DNA of 64,000 nucleotides from NCBI GenBank assembly GCA_947179295.1, contig CAMXAZ010000003.1, positions 46,630-110,629 of the forward strand, in the 5' to 3' direction. Made by a program: the position numbers and the translations under genes. Below, piece after piece: positions 19,953 to 30,164 of the stretch; positions within the stretch are counted from its first letter, which is position 1; the number at the start of each line of letters is the position of its first letter. The notes beneath the pieces are model-generated. The model made no database searches and was not told where the DNA came from. It was given only the letters and a program-made list of their open reading frames with translations. Source of the stretch: an uncultured Muribaculaceae bacterium. GTDB lineage: Bacteria; Bacteroidota; Bacteroidia; Bacteroidales; Muribaculaceae.

Positions 19953-21884
19953 ATGAAAAAAAAGCCATTCATAATTTCAGCACTGGCTTGTGCTGCGATA
20001 CTGTCGGCCTCAGCGAGCAAAAACGCAGATCCCGTGCTCATGACGATCAACGGGAAAGATGTCCGGCAAAGTGAATTCGAATATCTGTACCATAAGAATA
20101 ACCTCCAGCAACTGGCCCCTCAGAGCATTGACGAATACATTGAAATGTTTATCGTCTACAAGCTTAAGGTTGCCGACGCGGAAGCCGCAGGCCTGCATCA
20201 GACCGACGCTTTCACCAAAGAATTCAACGGTTATTGCGCGGAGTTGTCGCGTCCGTATCTTCGTGACACTATTGTTGAAAAACGTCTTGTCGAAGAAGCT
20301 TATGGCCGCATGGCCACATCACGTAAAGTCAGCCATATCATGTTCCCCCTCGGCTCGACTTACGATGAAAAAGAAGCAAACCGGACGAAACTCGACAGCA
20401 TCCGCACAGCAATCGTAAACGGCTCGGCTGATTTCGGAGAAATGGCGGTCAGATATTCATCAGACCGCTCAGCTCGCGTAAACAACGGATCAATGGGCTA
20501 CATCAACGTCAACAACTATCCTTATCCATTTGAAAAAACCGCCTGGGAAACTCCGGTGGGTGAAATATCACCTGTGATCGAGGATGCACCTTTCGGATTC
20601 CACATTATCCGCGTTGAGGACGAACGTCCCAATCCGGGAAAAGTCGAGGCACGCCATATACTTAAGCTGACAAACGGGCTTTCAGAAGAAGAAGGAGCTG
20701 CGAAAAAAGCCCAGATTGATTCGATCTACAATCTGCTTGTCAACGGAGGCGATTTCGATGCAATCGCACGGGCTGAAAGTGAAGACCCCGGCTCGGCAGC
20801 CAATGGTGGTCGCCTCGGATGGTTTGGCCCCAATGAAATGGTGAAAGAGTTTGAAGACGCCGCGTTCGGTCTTAAAGACGGAGGTATATCCGCTCCGTTC
20901 AAAACCGCATATGGCTATCACATCGTGCAGACTTTAGCCCATCGCGGCATCGGCTCTCTGGCCGAAGAATCAGAACGCATAAAGGCTGCAATCAGCCGCG
21001 ACATGCGCTCGGTGATGCCTGAAACCGAACGGCTGGCACAGCTGAAGGCAGAACTGGGAGTCAAGATTGACTCTACAGGTCTCATGCAGGCAAGATCTCG
21101 AATGACAGGCGACTCTCCTGCCGACCAGCTGAAATCACTTCAGGCAGACAACTCCTTGATCGCCACTGTAGGGAAACGCACCATAAGCATTGGTGATGTC
21201 ATAAACTACATTCCCTCAAACGTACTGGAAGGAGCTAATGACGCATTCACAGTATTAAACACAGGTCTTGAAAACAAGATCAACGAGACAGTTGTAGAGG
21301 AAACACGAAAGAACCTCGCGGAAAACAACAGTGAATACCGCAATCTCACAAATGAGTATCGTGACGGCATACTGCTGTTTGAAATCAGCAACCGCAATGT
21401 CTGGGAACGTTCGACCTCCGACACCGAAGGTCTTCAGAAATTCTTCACGGCCAACCGTGCGAAATATACCTGGGACAAACCTCACTACAAAGGCTATGTC
21501 ATCTTTGCGACGAATGACTCCATCGCCGGCGAGGCACAGAAATATCTTGCCGCAAATCAGGTCGAAAATGATTCGCTCGTATCTGTCATGCGCGCAAACT
21601 ACGGAAGAAACATCAAGATTGAAAAAGTTGTCACCGGAAAGGGCGAAAATGCCATCGTCGATAATGTGGCTTTCAATGGCGAACGGCCGGAAGCGCCCGG
21701 CAAATGGACTGCCTGGTTTGGATATGCCGGCCGTGTGATCGACACTCCCGAAGAGGCCAATGATGTCCGTGGGGCTGTAGCCTCAGACTATCAGCAGCAG
21801 CTCGAAAGCGAATGGATAAAAGATCTGAGAAAGAAATACAAAGTAAAGCTTAACAAGAAAGCATTAAAAGCGTTGGGGAATTAA
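19953..21884 (+). CDS. periplasmic peptidyl-prolyl isomerase (parvulin/SurA-like, two PpiC domains)
   Basis: Signal peptide MKKKPFIISALACAAILSASA. Two parvulin cores (VSHIMFPL...FGFHIIRV; ARHILKL...YGYHIVQ). Confidence 0.85.
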   Translation: MKKKPFIISALACAAILSASASKNADPVLMTINGKDVRQSEFEYLYHKNNLQQLAPQSIDEYIEMFIVYKLKVADAEAAGLHQTDAFTKEFNGYCAELSRPYLRDTIVEKRLVEEAYGRMATSRKVSHIMFPLGSTYDEKEANRTKLDSIRTAIVNGSADFGEMAVRYSSDRSARVNNGSMGYINVNNYPYPFEKTAWETPVGEISPVIEDAPFGFHIIRVEDERPNPGKVEARHILKLTNGLSEEEGAAKKAQIDSIYNLLVNGGDFDAIARAESEDPGSAANGGRLGWFGPNEMVKEFEDAAFGLKDGGISAPFKTAYGYHIVQTLAHRGIGSLAEESERIKAAISRDMRSVMPETERLAQLKAELGVKIDSTGLMQARSRMTGDSPADQLKSLQADNSLIATVGKRTISIGDVINYIPSNVLEGANDAFTVLNTGLENKINETVVEETRKNLAENNSEYRNLTNEYRDGILLFEISNRNVWERSTSDTEGLQKFFTANRAKYTWDKPHYKGYVIFATNDSIAGEAQKYLAANQVENDSLVSVMRANYGRNIKIEKVVTGKGENAIVDNVAFNGERPEAPGKWTAWFGYAGRVIDTPEEANDVRGAVASDYQQQLESEWIKDLRKKYKVKLNKKALKALGN

Positions 21885-21900
21885 TCCCAACGCTTTTTTA
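21868..21900 (+). terminator. intrinsic terminator of the PPIase gene, overlapping its stop codon
   Basis: aagcgttggg / cccaacgctt stem followed by ttttt. Confidence 0.7.
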
Positions 21901-21936
21901 TTGTCGTAAAACAAAATATTTTAACGCTCCGGTCTT

Positions 21937-23094
21937 TTATGCAAGAGGGTCATTATAGATAAATCTCACAAATTTCTCCAGATCCTCTTTCTGACACGCG
22001 GTGATAAACTCATATCGCGCCAGGCCCTTTTCCCTTTGGCGTTCATAAAGGGACTTATTTTCAAGCTGGATAATGCGGATTTTGATTTCATCAAGACTGA
22101 ACGGGTTGAAATACAACACCGCATCCCCGCAGACCTCGCTTATTGATGAAAATGGAGATGCCAGAACAGGAACTCCATAGCGCATGGCTTCCAATGGGGG
22201 ATAGCCGAAACCTTCATTCAACGAAGGATAAATGAAACAGTAGGCATCGTGATAGAGCTGATTCAACTCTTCATCGCTGACATAGCCTCTAAAATCAAAG
22301 ACGCCCGGATTTTTGATTCTGTATCTAAAATAGTCCGCAGATTTGACTCCGGTAACGACCACTCGCTTTCCGGGCAGACGCCCTTCGGAAAAAAGCTGAT
22401 CCAAAGCCATAATGGCCCTAAGACAATTTTTTTCCCAGCGGTTGGCACTTACAAGAAGATAAAAATTTCTGTCTTCCTTGCGACTGACAGCTAAATCAAG
22501 CGATGTTGACGGAGAATAGAACACCGGAATATCCTTCTCGACCGATTCAGGGAAAAACAGATTTACAGATCCTAATGAGTGATTAGAGACAACCGCAAAA
22601 CGCAAGTTCGGCTTGCGTATGAAATTTTCGTTTTTACGATAACGATGACGGCGAATAAATGAAGGAGACAATATTTCAAGCAGATTTTTCAGCTGCATGG
22701 AGAGCTGCATCTTATATCGCCAGAACATTTTTTTGTCTAACGCCAGTTCGACCGATCTAAGATCATGGATTGTTACAACCATTTCACAGTTTTCCAGCCT
22801 GTAGAGTTCATCCAAAGGCTGTGGCGAATAAAAAATATCAATCCGACAGCTGTCAATAACAGACTGAAAACCGCATTGAGATATATCGACAAGTTCAACA
22901 GAATTGTTTTCGCAAAGGGTTTTCATTTCCGGGTTGAGCCAACGCTGCGAATCATATGCGACTGTCACATTCCGTCTGAGTTCTATAATCTTCCGCAATA
23001 CAATCTCTCCATATATACCGCCGCCATGACGCATTGAGCCACTCATCGGTTGAGTTGCGGCCAGATTATAAAGCACTGATTTTCCTTTATCCAT
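21937..23094 (-). CDS. glycosyltransferase family 4 (GT-B)
   Basis: ATG 23094 (the ORF-track start at 23109 is TTG). C-terminal EX7E-type motif YPSLNEGFGYPPLEAMRYGVPVLAS. Confidence 0.85.
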   Translation of the reverse strand: MDKGKSVLYNLAATQPMSGSMRHGGGIYGEIVLRKIIELRRNVTVAYDSQRWLNPEMKTLCENNSVELVDISQCGFQSVIDSCRIDIFYSPQPLDELYRLENCEMVVTIHDLRSVELALDKKMFWRYKMQLSMQLKNLLEILSPSFIRRHRYRKNENFIRKPNLRFAVVSNHSLGSVNLFFPESVEKDIPVFYSPSTSLDLAVSRKEDRNFYLLVSANRWEKNCLRAIMALDQLFSEGRLPGKRVVVTGVKSADYFRYRIKNPGVFDFRGYVSDEELNQLYHDAYCFIYPSLNEGFGYPPLEAMRYGVPVLASPFSSISEVCGDAVLYFNPFSLDEIKIRIIQLENKSLYERQREKGLARYEFITACQKEDLEKFVRFIYNDPLA

Positions 23095-23140
23095 AGTTTT
23101 CACGGTCAATAGGTATTTTACGGTTCACGCTTTTCAACGG

Positions 23141-24088
23141 TCATTTTTTCACCCCGATGCCATATGAGCGATATTTAAAATTCAGATATCTGTTGAGACA
23201 TCTGCCGTATATCGTCCCAAGACGGCCTATGATTATCACGAGCATCAGGAATTTACGCCAACCAGCCAGTGACGGAATATATTTTTTTGCCAATCGGTAA
23301 TCGTTCTTCAAGACGGCATTGTCCACAATATTAAAATACAGACTGTCAACATATTTCCGATTGCCTATGCCAAGATAGTCATCGCCAAATAATTCCAGTT
23401 CCATCATAGCCGCCTGAAGTTTTTTGGAGATAGCCTTTTCATTTGTACGCAACGTATTCCATGTGACACTATCGGAGCGGTTTCTCTCTGCTATCACAAT
23501 GGTCTTGTTCACGAATATCATCTCCCCTACCTCACGGTAAATCTGCTGGATAATCAGTGATTCATATATCTTCAGGCCCTCGTCAAACGGATATTTTACG
23601 AGTAAATTGCGAGGGATGACATGTATATAGTCTCCTGCTACTTTACCATTGAGCACGTCGCTATAGCCATATCTAACAATAGCCCCCTGCCCATAACGGC
23701 TGTCGAACTCCTCTGTGCGATCATCGCGCGTGAACATAAAATACCGAGCATCATGAAACGATTCAATCGCATTTTGTATGACATCGCAGGCATCCGGTGT
23801 AAAATAATCGTCACTGTCGAGTATGACACAATAGTCACCCGTCGCTTGGCGAACCGCTGCGTTACGGGCTGCATTTGTGCCCCGGTTGCGGTCAAAAAAC
23901 ACGGTCTTCACATGCGGATTATTCTCAGCAAAAGATCTTATCAGCTCGGCGGTATTGTCTTTTGATCCGTCATCAACAACCACATGTTCAATATTTTTTC
24001 CACAGCCATTCTGTGAAGCAACACTCTCCAGACACCGGAGAACACAATCGGCTCTATTATAGACGGGGGTGATTACAGACAGTTTCAT
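23141..24088 (-). CDS. glycosyltransferase family 2
   Basis: MKLSVITPVYNRADCVLRCLESV...VVDDGSKDNT...ILDSDD (DXD). Confidence 0.88.
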   Translation of the reverse strand: MKLSVITPVYNRADCVLRCLESVASQNGCGKNIEHVVVDDGSKDNTAELIRSFAENNPHVKTVFFDRNRGTNAARNAAVRQATGDYCVILDSDDYFTPDACDVIQNAIESFHDARYFMFTRDDRTEEFDSRYGQGAIVRYGYSDVLNGKVAGDYIHVIPRNLLVKYPFDEGLKIYESLIIQQIYREVGEMIFVNKTIVIAERNRSDSVTWNTLRTNEKAISKKLQAAMMELELFGDDYLGIGNRKYVDSLYFNIVDNAVLKNDYRLAKKYIPSLAGWRKFLMLVIIIGRLGTIYGRCLNRYLNFKYRSYGIGVKK

Positions 24089-24095
24089 TATGCAA

Positions 24096-25055
24096 TCATT
24101 TTTTTACTACACTTTTCAAAAAAACGAACCCTTGAATCCAGGCATCACTCACACTCAACAAAGCCCGCTGCCACCAAGGTGAATCGAGATAAGTCCTTAC
24201 ATAGTATGAGCGACTCGCCTTTGCGGCCTGGGCTACAATTTTTGACGGCGATTTAACCATTGTAGCAGCGCCCAGATGGATACAGCGCAAACCTGTCGCT
24301 ATATAATTACCAAGCTTAAGTTTCAATAGCTTCCGGTAAAGTATATTTTCCTCATAATAAAGAAAGGTCGCCGGATCAAAATTACCTATCGCCGCAAAGA
24401 CATCTTTCTTTACAAGCATACATGAGCCAGACGGAAGTTCGATCGGCATAAATTCAGGATAAGGCTCCTCCTTTTTATAAAGCAAAAGTGACTCCCGATA
24501 AATTTCGTAGACACTCTCTTTGCACAACCAGTGATACGGAGCCAGAAAATTATTTTTAATCCAGGAACCAATGGTTGTATCTTTTCGGGCACAGTTCCAG
24601 TCGATGCCGGAACCTTTGCCATTCAGAAGCAACGGACTTATGATCGCACAGGCAGGAAGATGGTCCTGGGCCTCCTTCAACGCAGGTATTATATCCTCTA
24701 TAAAAAGAATATCATTATTCAGAATCATCAGACGGTCAATTTCGTCATCATCTGCGGTCAATGCTATACCCTTGTTATTGCCTCGCGCGTAACCGTCATT
24801 CGACAGACTTGTCAGAAATGTGACATGAGGGAGAGTGCCGGACACTGCATCTGCCTCCCGGACACGCTTATACTCCCCGGCGAAAGCACCTGACAAAAAT
24901 GCGTCTATTTCAGGAACGGAAACGCCGTCAGTTGATCCGTTGTCTACTATGACATACTTTACAGGAGCTGTATTGTACCGCTCCACGCTCTTTATGCAGG
25001 CAATGGTATCAGACGGGTTGTTGTAGTTGAGGATTATTATCGCTGTTTTTTTCAT
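24096..25055 (-). CDS. glycosyltransferase family 2
   Basis: ATG 25055 gives MKKTAIIILNYNNPSDTIACIKSV...VIVDNGSTDG (the ORF-track start at 25064 is TTG). Overlaps the 3' end of the upstream wzy-like gene by 47 nt. Confidence 0.85.
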   Translation of the reverse strand: MKKTAIIILNYNNPSDTIACIKSVERYNTAPVKYVIVDNGSTDGVSVPEIDAFLSGAFAGEYKRVREADAVSGTLPHVTFLTSLSNDGYARGNNKGIALTADDDEIDRLMILNNDILFIEDIIPALKEAQDHLPACAIISPLLLNGKGSGIDWNCARKDTTIGSWIKNNFLAPYHWLCKESVYEIYRESLLLYKKEEPYPEFMPIELPSGSCMLVKKDVFAAIGNFDPATFLYYEENILYRKLLKLKLGNYIATGLRCIHLGAATMVKSPSKIVAQAAKASRSYYVRTYLDSPWWQRALLSVSDAWIQGFVFLKSVVKK

Positions 25056-26217
25056 TCGTCCCAAAAACTAAATAAAGGCCGATCATTATACTGATGATCG
25101 AGTTATAATAGATAAACACGCCTGATCCGATGCCACAAAGGATGATAAAAACGGTCCAGTAAGTAAGATACTCCCGCTCAGGTGTTTTTCGTTTAAACAC
25201 AGCTTTGAGCATCAGTATCAGCAGAGCGGCAAAGCCCGTCCATCCGAAAAGATAGATGATGCCGGCCCAAGCCACATCAGCATATAAATAGCCATTGTCC
25301 TCGATCTCGTCATCAAATACATTCCCCCAGACACTATTGCCAAATGAAGGAGAACCATTACCGATAATCGGAGTAAGCCCGTTTGTCTGATTTTCAAAAG
25401 TATAATAACGCCAGGCTCCAATTCTGACATTCTCTTTGTCTTCATTCTCCTCAAGCTGATCACCTGAAAGCTCCAGCATTGTATTATAAGCCGGAATCAT
25501 CGGCAGGACATATACAACAACAATAATACCGGCCACAACAACCATAAGCTTCTTTGTCCAGGAAAATCTTTTCAGCAGGAACAGAATGCCGAGAACCATC
25601 GAGTACAAAATAACCTGACGGACTACAGACATGAAAATCATCAGCGCACAAACGCCACAAACTGTTATCCACAAATTTTTACGCCCGCGGCCAAGCAACA
25701 ACTGATTGATTCCATAGAACAGAAACAAGACCATTACCTCCAGGAAAACCACAGGGACACGCAGAATACCTCTTGAAGTATCAAGGTTAAATTCCTCCCC
25801 GAAAACCACATCAGGGAAACTGAAAAGATTTATGAAATATACCGGCACAGCCAGCATACAGCCGATAAACAGCCATTTCAGAATAAACTTTTCCGGCAAA
25901 GCCAGCTTCAACATTATCCAGAAAAAGAAGTATCCTAAGAAATACGGCAGAGTCGACATCAACGTGACTGAATAAGACTGCGGATGAAAAGCTGTCGCCG
26001 AAACAGTTGAAACCGCAATCATCAGCATAAACAGCCAATAACTCTTCCTCGGATAATCAATGCTCCTGAGAGAGCGTCCGTCTGTCACAGCCAACAAGGC
26101 GCCCATACAGATGCACAGATAGAATATCAGCTTTGTAAACTGAGGCGAAAAAATCTGCATCGGATTAAAAAATCCGATGCTTGAAAACAGAGTCAGGACA
26201 AACAGAGCCTTTTTCAT
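25009..26217 (-). CDS. wzy: O-antigen polymerase/ligase-like (Wzy-type) polytopic membrane protein
   Basis: About 400 aa with 10 or more hydrophobic segments and a mid-protein extracytoplasmic loop, located between wzc and the GT genes. ATG 26217 (the ORF-track start at 26226 is GTG). Confidence 0.65.
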   Translation of the reverse strand: MKKALFVLTLFSSIGFFNPMQIFSPQFTKLIFYLCICMGALLAVTDGRSLRSIDYPRKSYWLFMLMIAVSTVSATAFHPQSYSVTLMSTLPYFLGYFFFWIMLKLALPEKFILKWLFIGCMLAVPVYFINLFSFPDVVFGEEFNLDTSRGILRVPVVFLEVMVLFLFYGINQLLLGRGRKNLWITVCGVCALMIFMSVVRQVILYSMVLGILFLLKRFSWTKKLMVVVAGIIVVVYVLPMIPAYNTMLELSGDQLEENEDKENVRIGAWRYYTFENQTNGLTPIIGNGSPSFGNSVWGNVFDDEIEDNGYLYADVAWAGIIYLFGWTGFAALLILMLKAVFKRKTPEREYLTYWTVFIILCGIGSGVFIYYNSIISIMIGLYLVFGTNEKNSDNNPQLQQPV

Positions 26218-26234
26218 TCCCGACACCTGATCAT

Positions 26235-28556
26235 TTATTTGCCGGATTTCTCGCCATAGCCGTAGCCATAACCGGCAGCAGTCTTAGTGCCATTGAGCAC
26301 AACCGACAGCTTCGGCAGACGTTTTCCTGCATAAAGTTTATTAAGGAAGCCGATTTCCTTGGTCGTGGTATAGTTAGCACGGGTGACATAGACAGTCGCA
26401 TCGGCTACACGCACCAACGAGAATGTATCGCTTACCATTCCGACCGGAGCGGAGTCTATTATGATGTAATCATAGGCTGTCCTGAGTCTTGCAAACAGGT
26501 CATCAACCCTTTCAGACTGCAAAAGTTCAGAAGGATTCGGAGGAATCGGACCGGCAACGATTATGTCGAGATTCTTTTCCAGCACATCATGCTGTATTAT
26601 CGAATCCAATGCAACGTTTTCATTGGCGATATATGATGTGAATCCGTCAGTCAAAGGCAAATCAAGATATTCTGCCAGCTTCGGATTGCGGATATCAAGT
26701 CCCATCAGAAGCACCTTCTTGCCAAGCACGGCAAATGAAGATGCAAGATTTATGGAGATGAATGACTTGCCTTCACCGGAGATGGTTGATGTCAGCAATA
26801 TGACCTTAGAACCGGTATTCCCAAGTATAAACTGAAGATTCGATCTGATAAGTCTGAACAGTTCCGCCACAGATGTGCTTCCACCGACTGATTTCACGAC
26901 CAGCGGAGAACCGGCATCTGTCTTCTTGCATACTTCACCCAGAACAGGAACCGGAGTGAGGCGCTCAAGTTCGCCGATGGTATCAAACTTATTTTTCAAC
27001 TTGTCAAACAAGAAGATGAGAACTACCGGAATTATCAGCCCTATGAGCAGAGCGACCGCAACGAGCTTCTTTTTCGACAGATTGACCGGCTCAGACAGCG
27101 CGTAAGCCTCATCTACAATCTTGGCTCTCGGCATTGAATTAGCCAATGCGATGCTGGTTTCTTCCTGCTTTTTCAATAGGTAAAGATACAATTCCTCTTT
27201 TATTGCCTGCTGGCGTTTTATATTCCCGAACTGACGTTCGTATTCAGGAAATTTGCTCAGCTGTGCTTTTGATTCTCCGGCCTGTACACGAAGATCATGC
27301 AGTCTTACTGTGGCATTTTCATAAGCCTTATGAAGTGATTTTTTCAGATTATCTCTCAACGCGGAGATCTGTTCATCCAATTTTTTCAGGATCGCATTCT
27401 CGCCACGAGCCGTGTTCTGCAACTGCATTCTCTGAAGAAGCAGACCGTTATAAGCATCTACCGGCACGGCAGCATTCACATTGAGTGCCGGTATAAGCTG
27501 CCATTCATTTCCAGGATCGTTAATGAAATCACGTGTCATCTCAAGGAGATGAAGCTCAGTTTCGGCATTCATTATCTGTGACTCCAGAGTGGTTGAACGT
27601 GACATCCATTTGCTTGCATCCGCACCGACATCAGTCAGTTTATTGCTTCGCTTATAGCGTTCGATGTCCTCTTCCGAAATATTCAGGTCTTTACTTATCG
27701 AAGCGAGACGTTCGGTAACAAAATCGGCTGTCTTCTGATCCTTTTTACGCTTTTCATTTATACCGGAGATGTTGTAGTTATCAATTATAGTATTCAGAAT
27801 CCGCTGTGCATACTGCGAATGCGGGCTATGGACAGCAAACGATATTATATTCGCCTTTTTGCTCGGTATATATATTGACACACTTTCGGCAAGTCCTTCA
27901 GCCGAAGCGTCATAACTGCTGAAACCGACCGTCATTTTGACTCCTTTCCCCTTTTTCAGATACTTGGTCTTGTCAAAAACGAAATCGCCATAAGGCGTAG
28001 ACAGCGAGACCGGGAAAGACTTATCCTTTACATCTGCTATCACAGTCTTGCCATTAGCTTTGGCTTTTATACTGACCTTATGCTCTTTATTGACTACGAC
28101 CTTGAAACCGATATAACAGCCAAGTGTGTCGGCTATAGCCGGATCACAGGTCATGACAACCGGAGTCTTGTCAGCAACATCCCGATCAAAAACGCGGAAT
28201 CTCGTTACTGTATAACCGGTATTCAACCCAAGATCCTTTACTGTCTGGCGCAGATTGGAGTGAGAACGGACCACATTGATTTCATCGTCCACAGAGTTGG
28301 TTCCACCCATCATGTTCCCTGCAGAAAACTGGCTGGCAAGCTCACTCATGGCGCTTGACGGGCGGCTGCTGTCTTCATCCGATATAAGAATATTGGCCAC
28401 AACCTGATAAACAGGCACTGTAGACAGAGCATAGAAGACGCCGATCCCGCCACAGAGCACTACCGAGATCACAAACCAGTACCAATAACGGCGGCACAAC
28501 CGGATATAATAACGGAAATCGAATTTTTCAGTTATATTATCGTTGGTCAAATCCAT
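26235..28556 (-). CDS. wzc: polysaccharide co-polymerase / tyrosine autokinase (Wzc/GumC type)
   Basis: Two TM segments flank a large coiled-coil periplasmic domain. Walker A SGEGKSFISINLA, and a Tyr-rich tail AAGYGYGYGEKSGK. ATG 28556 (the ORF-track start at 28571 is TTG). Confidence 0.9.
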   Translation of the reverse strand: MDLTNDNITEKFDFRYYIRLCRRYWYWFVISVVLCGGIGVFYALSTVPVYQVVANILISDEDSSRPSSAMSELASQFSAGNMMGGTNSVDDEINVVRSHSNLRQTVKDLGLNTGYTVTRFRVFDRDVADKTPVVMTCDPAIADTLGCYIGFKVVVNKEHKVSIKAKANGKTVIADVKDKSFPVSLSTPYGDFVFDKTKYLKKGKGVKMTVGFSSYDASAEGLAESVSIYIPSKKANIISFAVHSPHSQYAQRILNTIIDNYNISGINEKRKKDQKTADFVTERLASISKDLNISEEDIERYKRSNKLTDVGADASKWMSRSTTLESQIMNAETELHLLEMTRDFINDPGNEWQLIPALNVNAAVPVDAYNGLLLQRMQLQNTARGENAILKKLDEQISALRDNLKKSLHKAYENATVRLHDLRVQAGESKAQLSKFPEYERQFGNIKRQQAIKEELYLYLLKKQEETSIALANSMPRAKIVDEAYALSEPVNLSKKKLVAVALLIGLIIPVVLIFLFDKLKNKFDTIGELERLTPVPVLGEVCKKTDAGSPLVVKSVGGSTSVAELFRLIRSNLQFILGNTGSKVILLTSTISGEGKSFISINLASSFAVLGKKVLLMGLDIRNPKLAEYLDLPLTDGFTSYIANENVALDSIIQHDVLEKNLDIIVAGPIPPNPSELLQSERVDDLFARLRTAYDYIIIDSAPVGMVSDTFSLVRVADATVYVTRANYTTTKEIGFLNKLYAGKRLPKLSVVLNGTKTAAGYGYGYGEKSGK

Positions 28557-28575
28557 AATTCTAAAAATCAATATC

Positions 28576-29379
28576 TTATTTAACAGTAAGAGCTATAACC
28601 AAAGACGCAATAACAGAGCAAGCGCTGACAATAGTCGATGTCACCTGAAGTTTATACGCATTGTTGTTATTGTATTTTGAATTGTCCTGGCGCACCTTAT
28701 TCGGAGAGACTACCACAACATCATTCTGCCGAAGGAAATAATACGGAGATGTCATCACATCGCTTTTGTTCAGATTGATATAGTGATATACGGCCTTGCC
28801 GTTTTCCTCGCGTATGACCAAAACGTTTGATCGATCACCATATTCTGTCATATCCTGAGCCTGGCCAAGGGCATCAAGAATCGAAACTCTCTCTCCCGGA
28901 ATTGTTATAGTGCCGGGCATCCTGACTTCACCAAGAACGCTGACTTTGAAATTTACCAGTTCTACTTTTACTATCGGCTCCTTTACCTCTTTTGATATTT
29001 CCTCAGTAAGATATCCGGCAAGCTGCTCGGTAGTCATGCCTTCAACATGAATCCGGCCAAGCATCGGAAATCTGATATCTCCGTTGGAATCTACAACATA
29101 GGTCTGCTGACGCATCTGGCTTGATTCCTGAAGAGATCCTAATTTTGCCGGATTTGCCAGAGGAAGATTATATTGCGACGTAGCCTCAGGCACGAGTGAC
29201 GTAACCGAAATGAAAAGCTCGTCATGCGGTTCAAGTTTTATTTTACACTCCTGAAGATTAAACTCTATATCATTGGTTGCCCGTGTATCTTCAAAATAAT
29301 TCAACGAATCTTTTGATGTTTTGCACGATGTGGCAGCAAGGAGCATGGCTATGCCGATAATTGCGAACTGAGCCTTCAT
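28576..29379 (-). CDS. wza: polysaccharide export outer-membrane lipoprotein (Wza type)
   Basis: Lipobox LLAATSC, Poly_export motif region (...DELFISV...YVVDSNGDIRFPMLGRIHVEGMT), SLBB-like segment, and a C-terminal hydrophobic helix. Confidence 0.88.
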   Translation of the reverse strand: MKAQFAIIGIAMLLAATSCKTSKDSLNYFEDTRATNDIEFNLQECKIKLEPHDELFISVTSLVPEATSQYNLPLANPAKLGSLQESSQMRQQTYVVDSNGDIRFPMLGRIHVEGMTTEQLAGYLTEEISKEVKEPIVKVELVNFKVSVLGEVRMPGTITIPGERVSILDALGQAQDMTEYGDRSNVLVIREENGKAVYHYINLNKSDVMTSPYYFLRQNDVVVVSPNKVRQDNSKYNNNNAYKLQVTSTIVSACSVIASLVIALTVK

Positions 29380-29566
29380 TATATTTTTTTGATTCTAAGG
29401 TTACCGAAAACTAACTGTGAGTGTTCTCACACAGCGTATTTACACAATGTGATTATAATGGCCCTGTTCTGCAGCAAACAGACATAGCCTTTATGAATAA
29501 CGCCCCATGACATGAAATATTGTTTCGCACAGAGCCAAATTAACCGCCCGACGCAAAAATCGAGGC

Positions 29567-30151
29567 TCAACACATCTCCTGTCCGAGCAAATTTTCAATC
29601 TGAGGCAACAGAGGGATGCAACCATCATTAATTATTGAAAATACCATCGGATGTAATCTGGCCGGGACATATGAATCCTGCGCTGAGATTCTTGCCTCAA
29701 CCTGCTGTCGGCTGAAAGAATTTCGGGCCATCACACGCTCTATGCGCAATTCCGTCGGAGCATCGACATCCCACACTTCATCAACCATAACATCAAGCCC
29801 GCTCTGATACAAGATTGCCGTTTCGACAAACAGCCGCTCCGAGCCGATGTTTTCCCGACACCACCTTTTCAGATCCGACCTCACTGCAGCATGAACAATC
29901 GCGTTCAGTCGGCCAAGGGCCTCGGCATCTCCGAACACGATCTCACTCAGCCGTCCCCGGTTTATACTGCCATCGACTCTGACACAATCAGCATGAATTT
30001 CGCTGCATAGAGCCTTTTTTATTTCCTCATCACGATCCATCAGCAACTTTGCCCGGCTGTCACAATCGTACACCGGATAGCCCATCGCGCCAAGGATTTT
30101 GCTCACAATGCTTTTCCCGCTTCCTATTCCGCCTGTTATCGCTGTCAGCAT
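29567..30151 (-). CDS. coaE: dephospho-CoA kinase
   Basis: MLTAITGGIGSGKS P-loop; 194 aa. Confidence 0.92.
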   Translation of the reverse strand: MLTAITGGIGSGKSIVSKILGAMGYPVYDCDSRAKLLMDRDEEIKKALCSEIHADCVRVDGSINRGRLSEIVFGDAEALGRLNAIVHAAVRSDLKRWCRENIGSERLFVETAILYQSGLDVMVDEVWDVDAPTELRIERVMARNSFSRQQVEARISAQDSYVPARLHPMVFSIINDGCIPLLPQIENLLGQEMC

Positions 30152-30164
30152 GTGTTTATGATTT

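Noticed and set aside
29380-29566. A possible invertible (phase-variable) promoter or UpxY-type leader upstream of the EPS locus.
   Set aside because: There are no flanking inverted repeats longer than 6 bp (only tgtgag/ctcaca at about 29416-29431), no recombinase gene nearby and no exact -7 box. There is no evidence for inversion.
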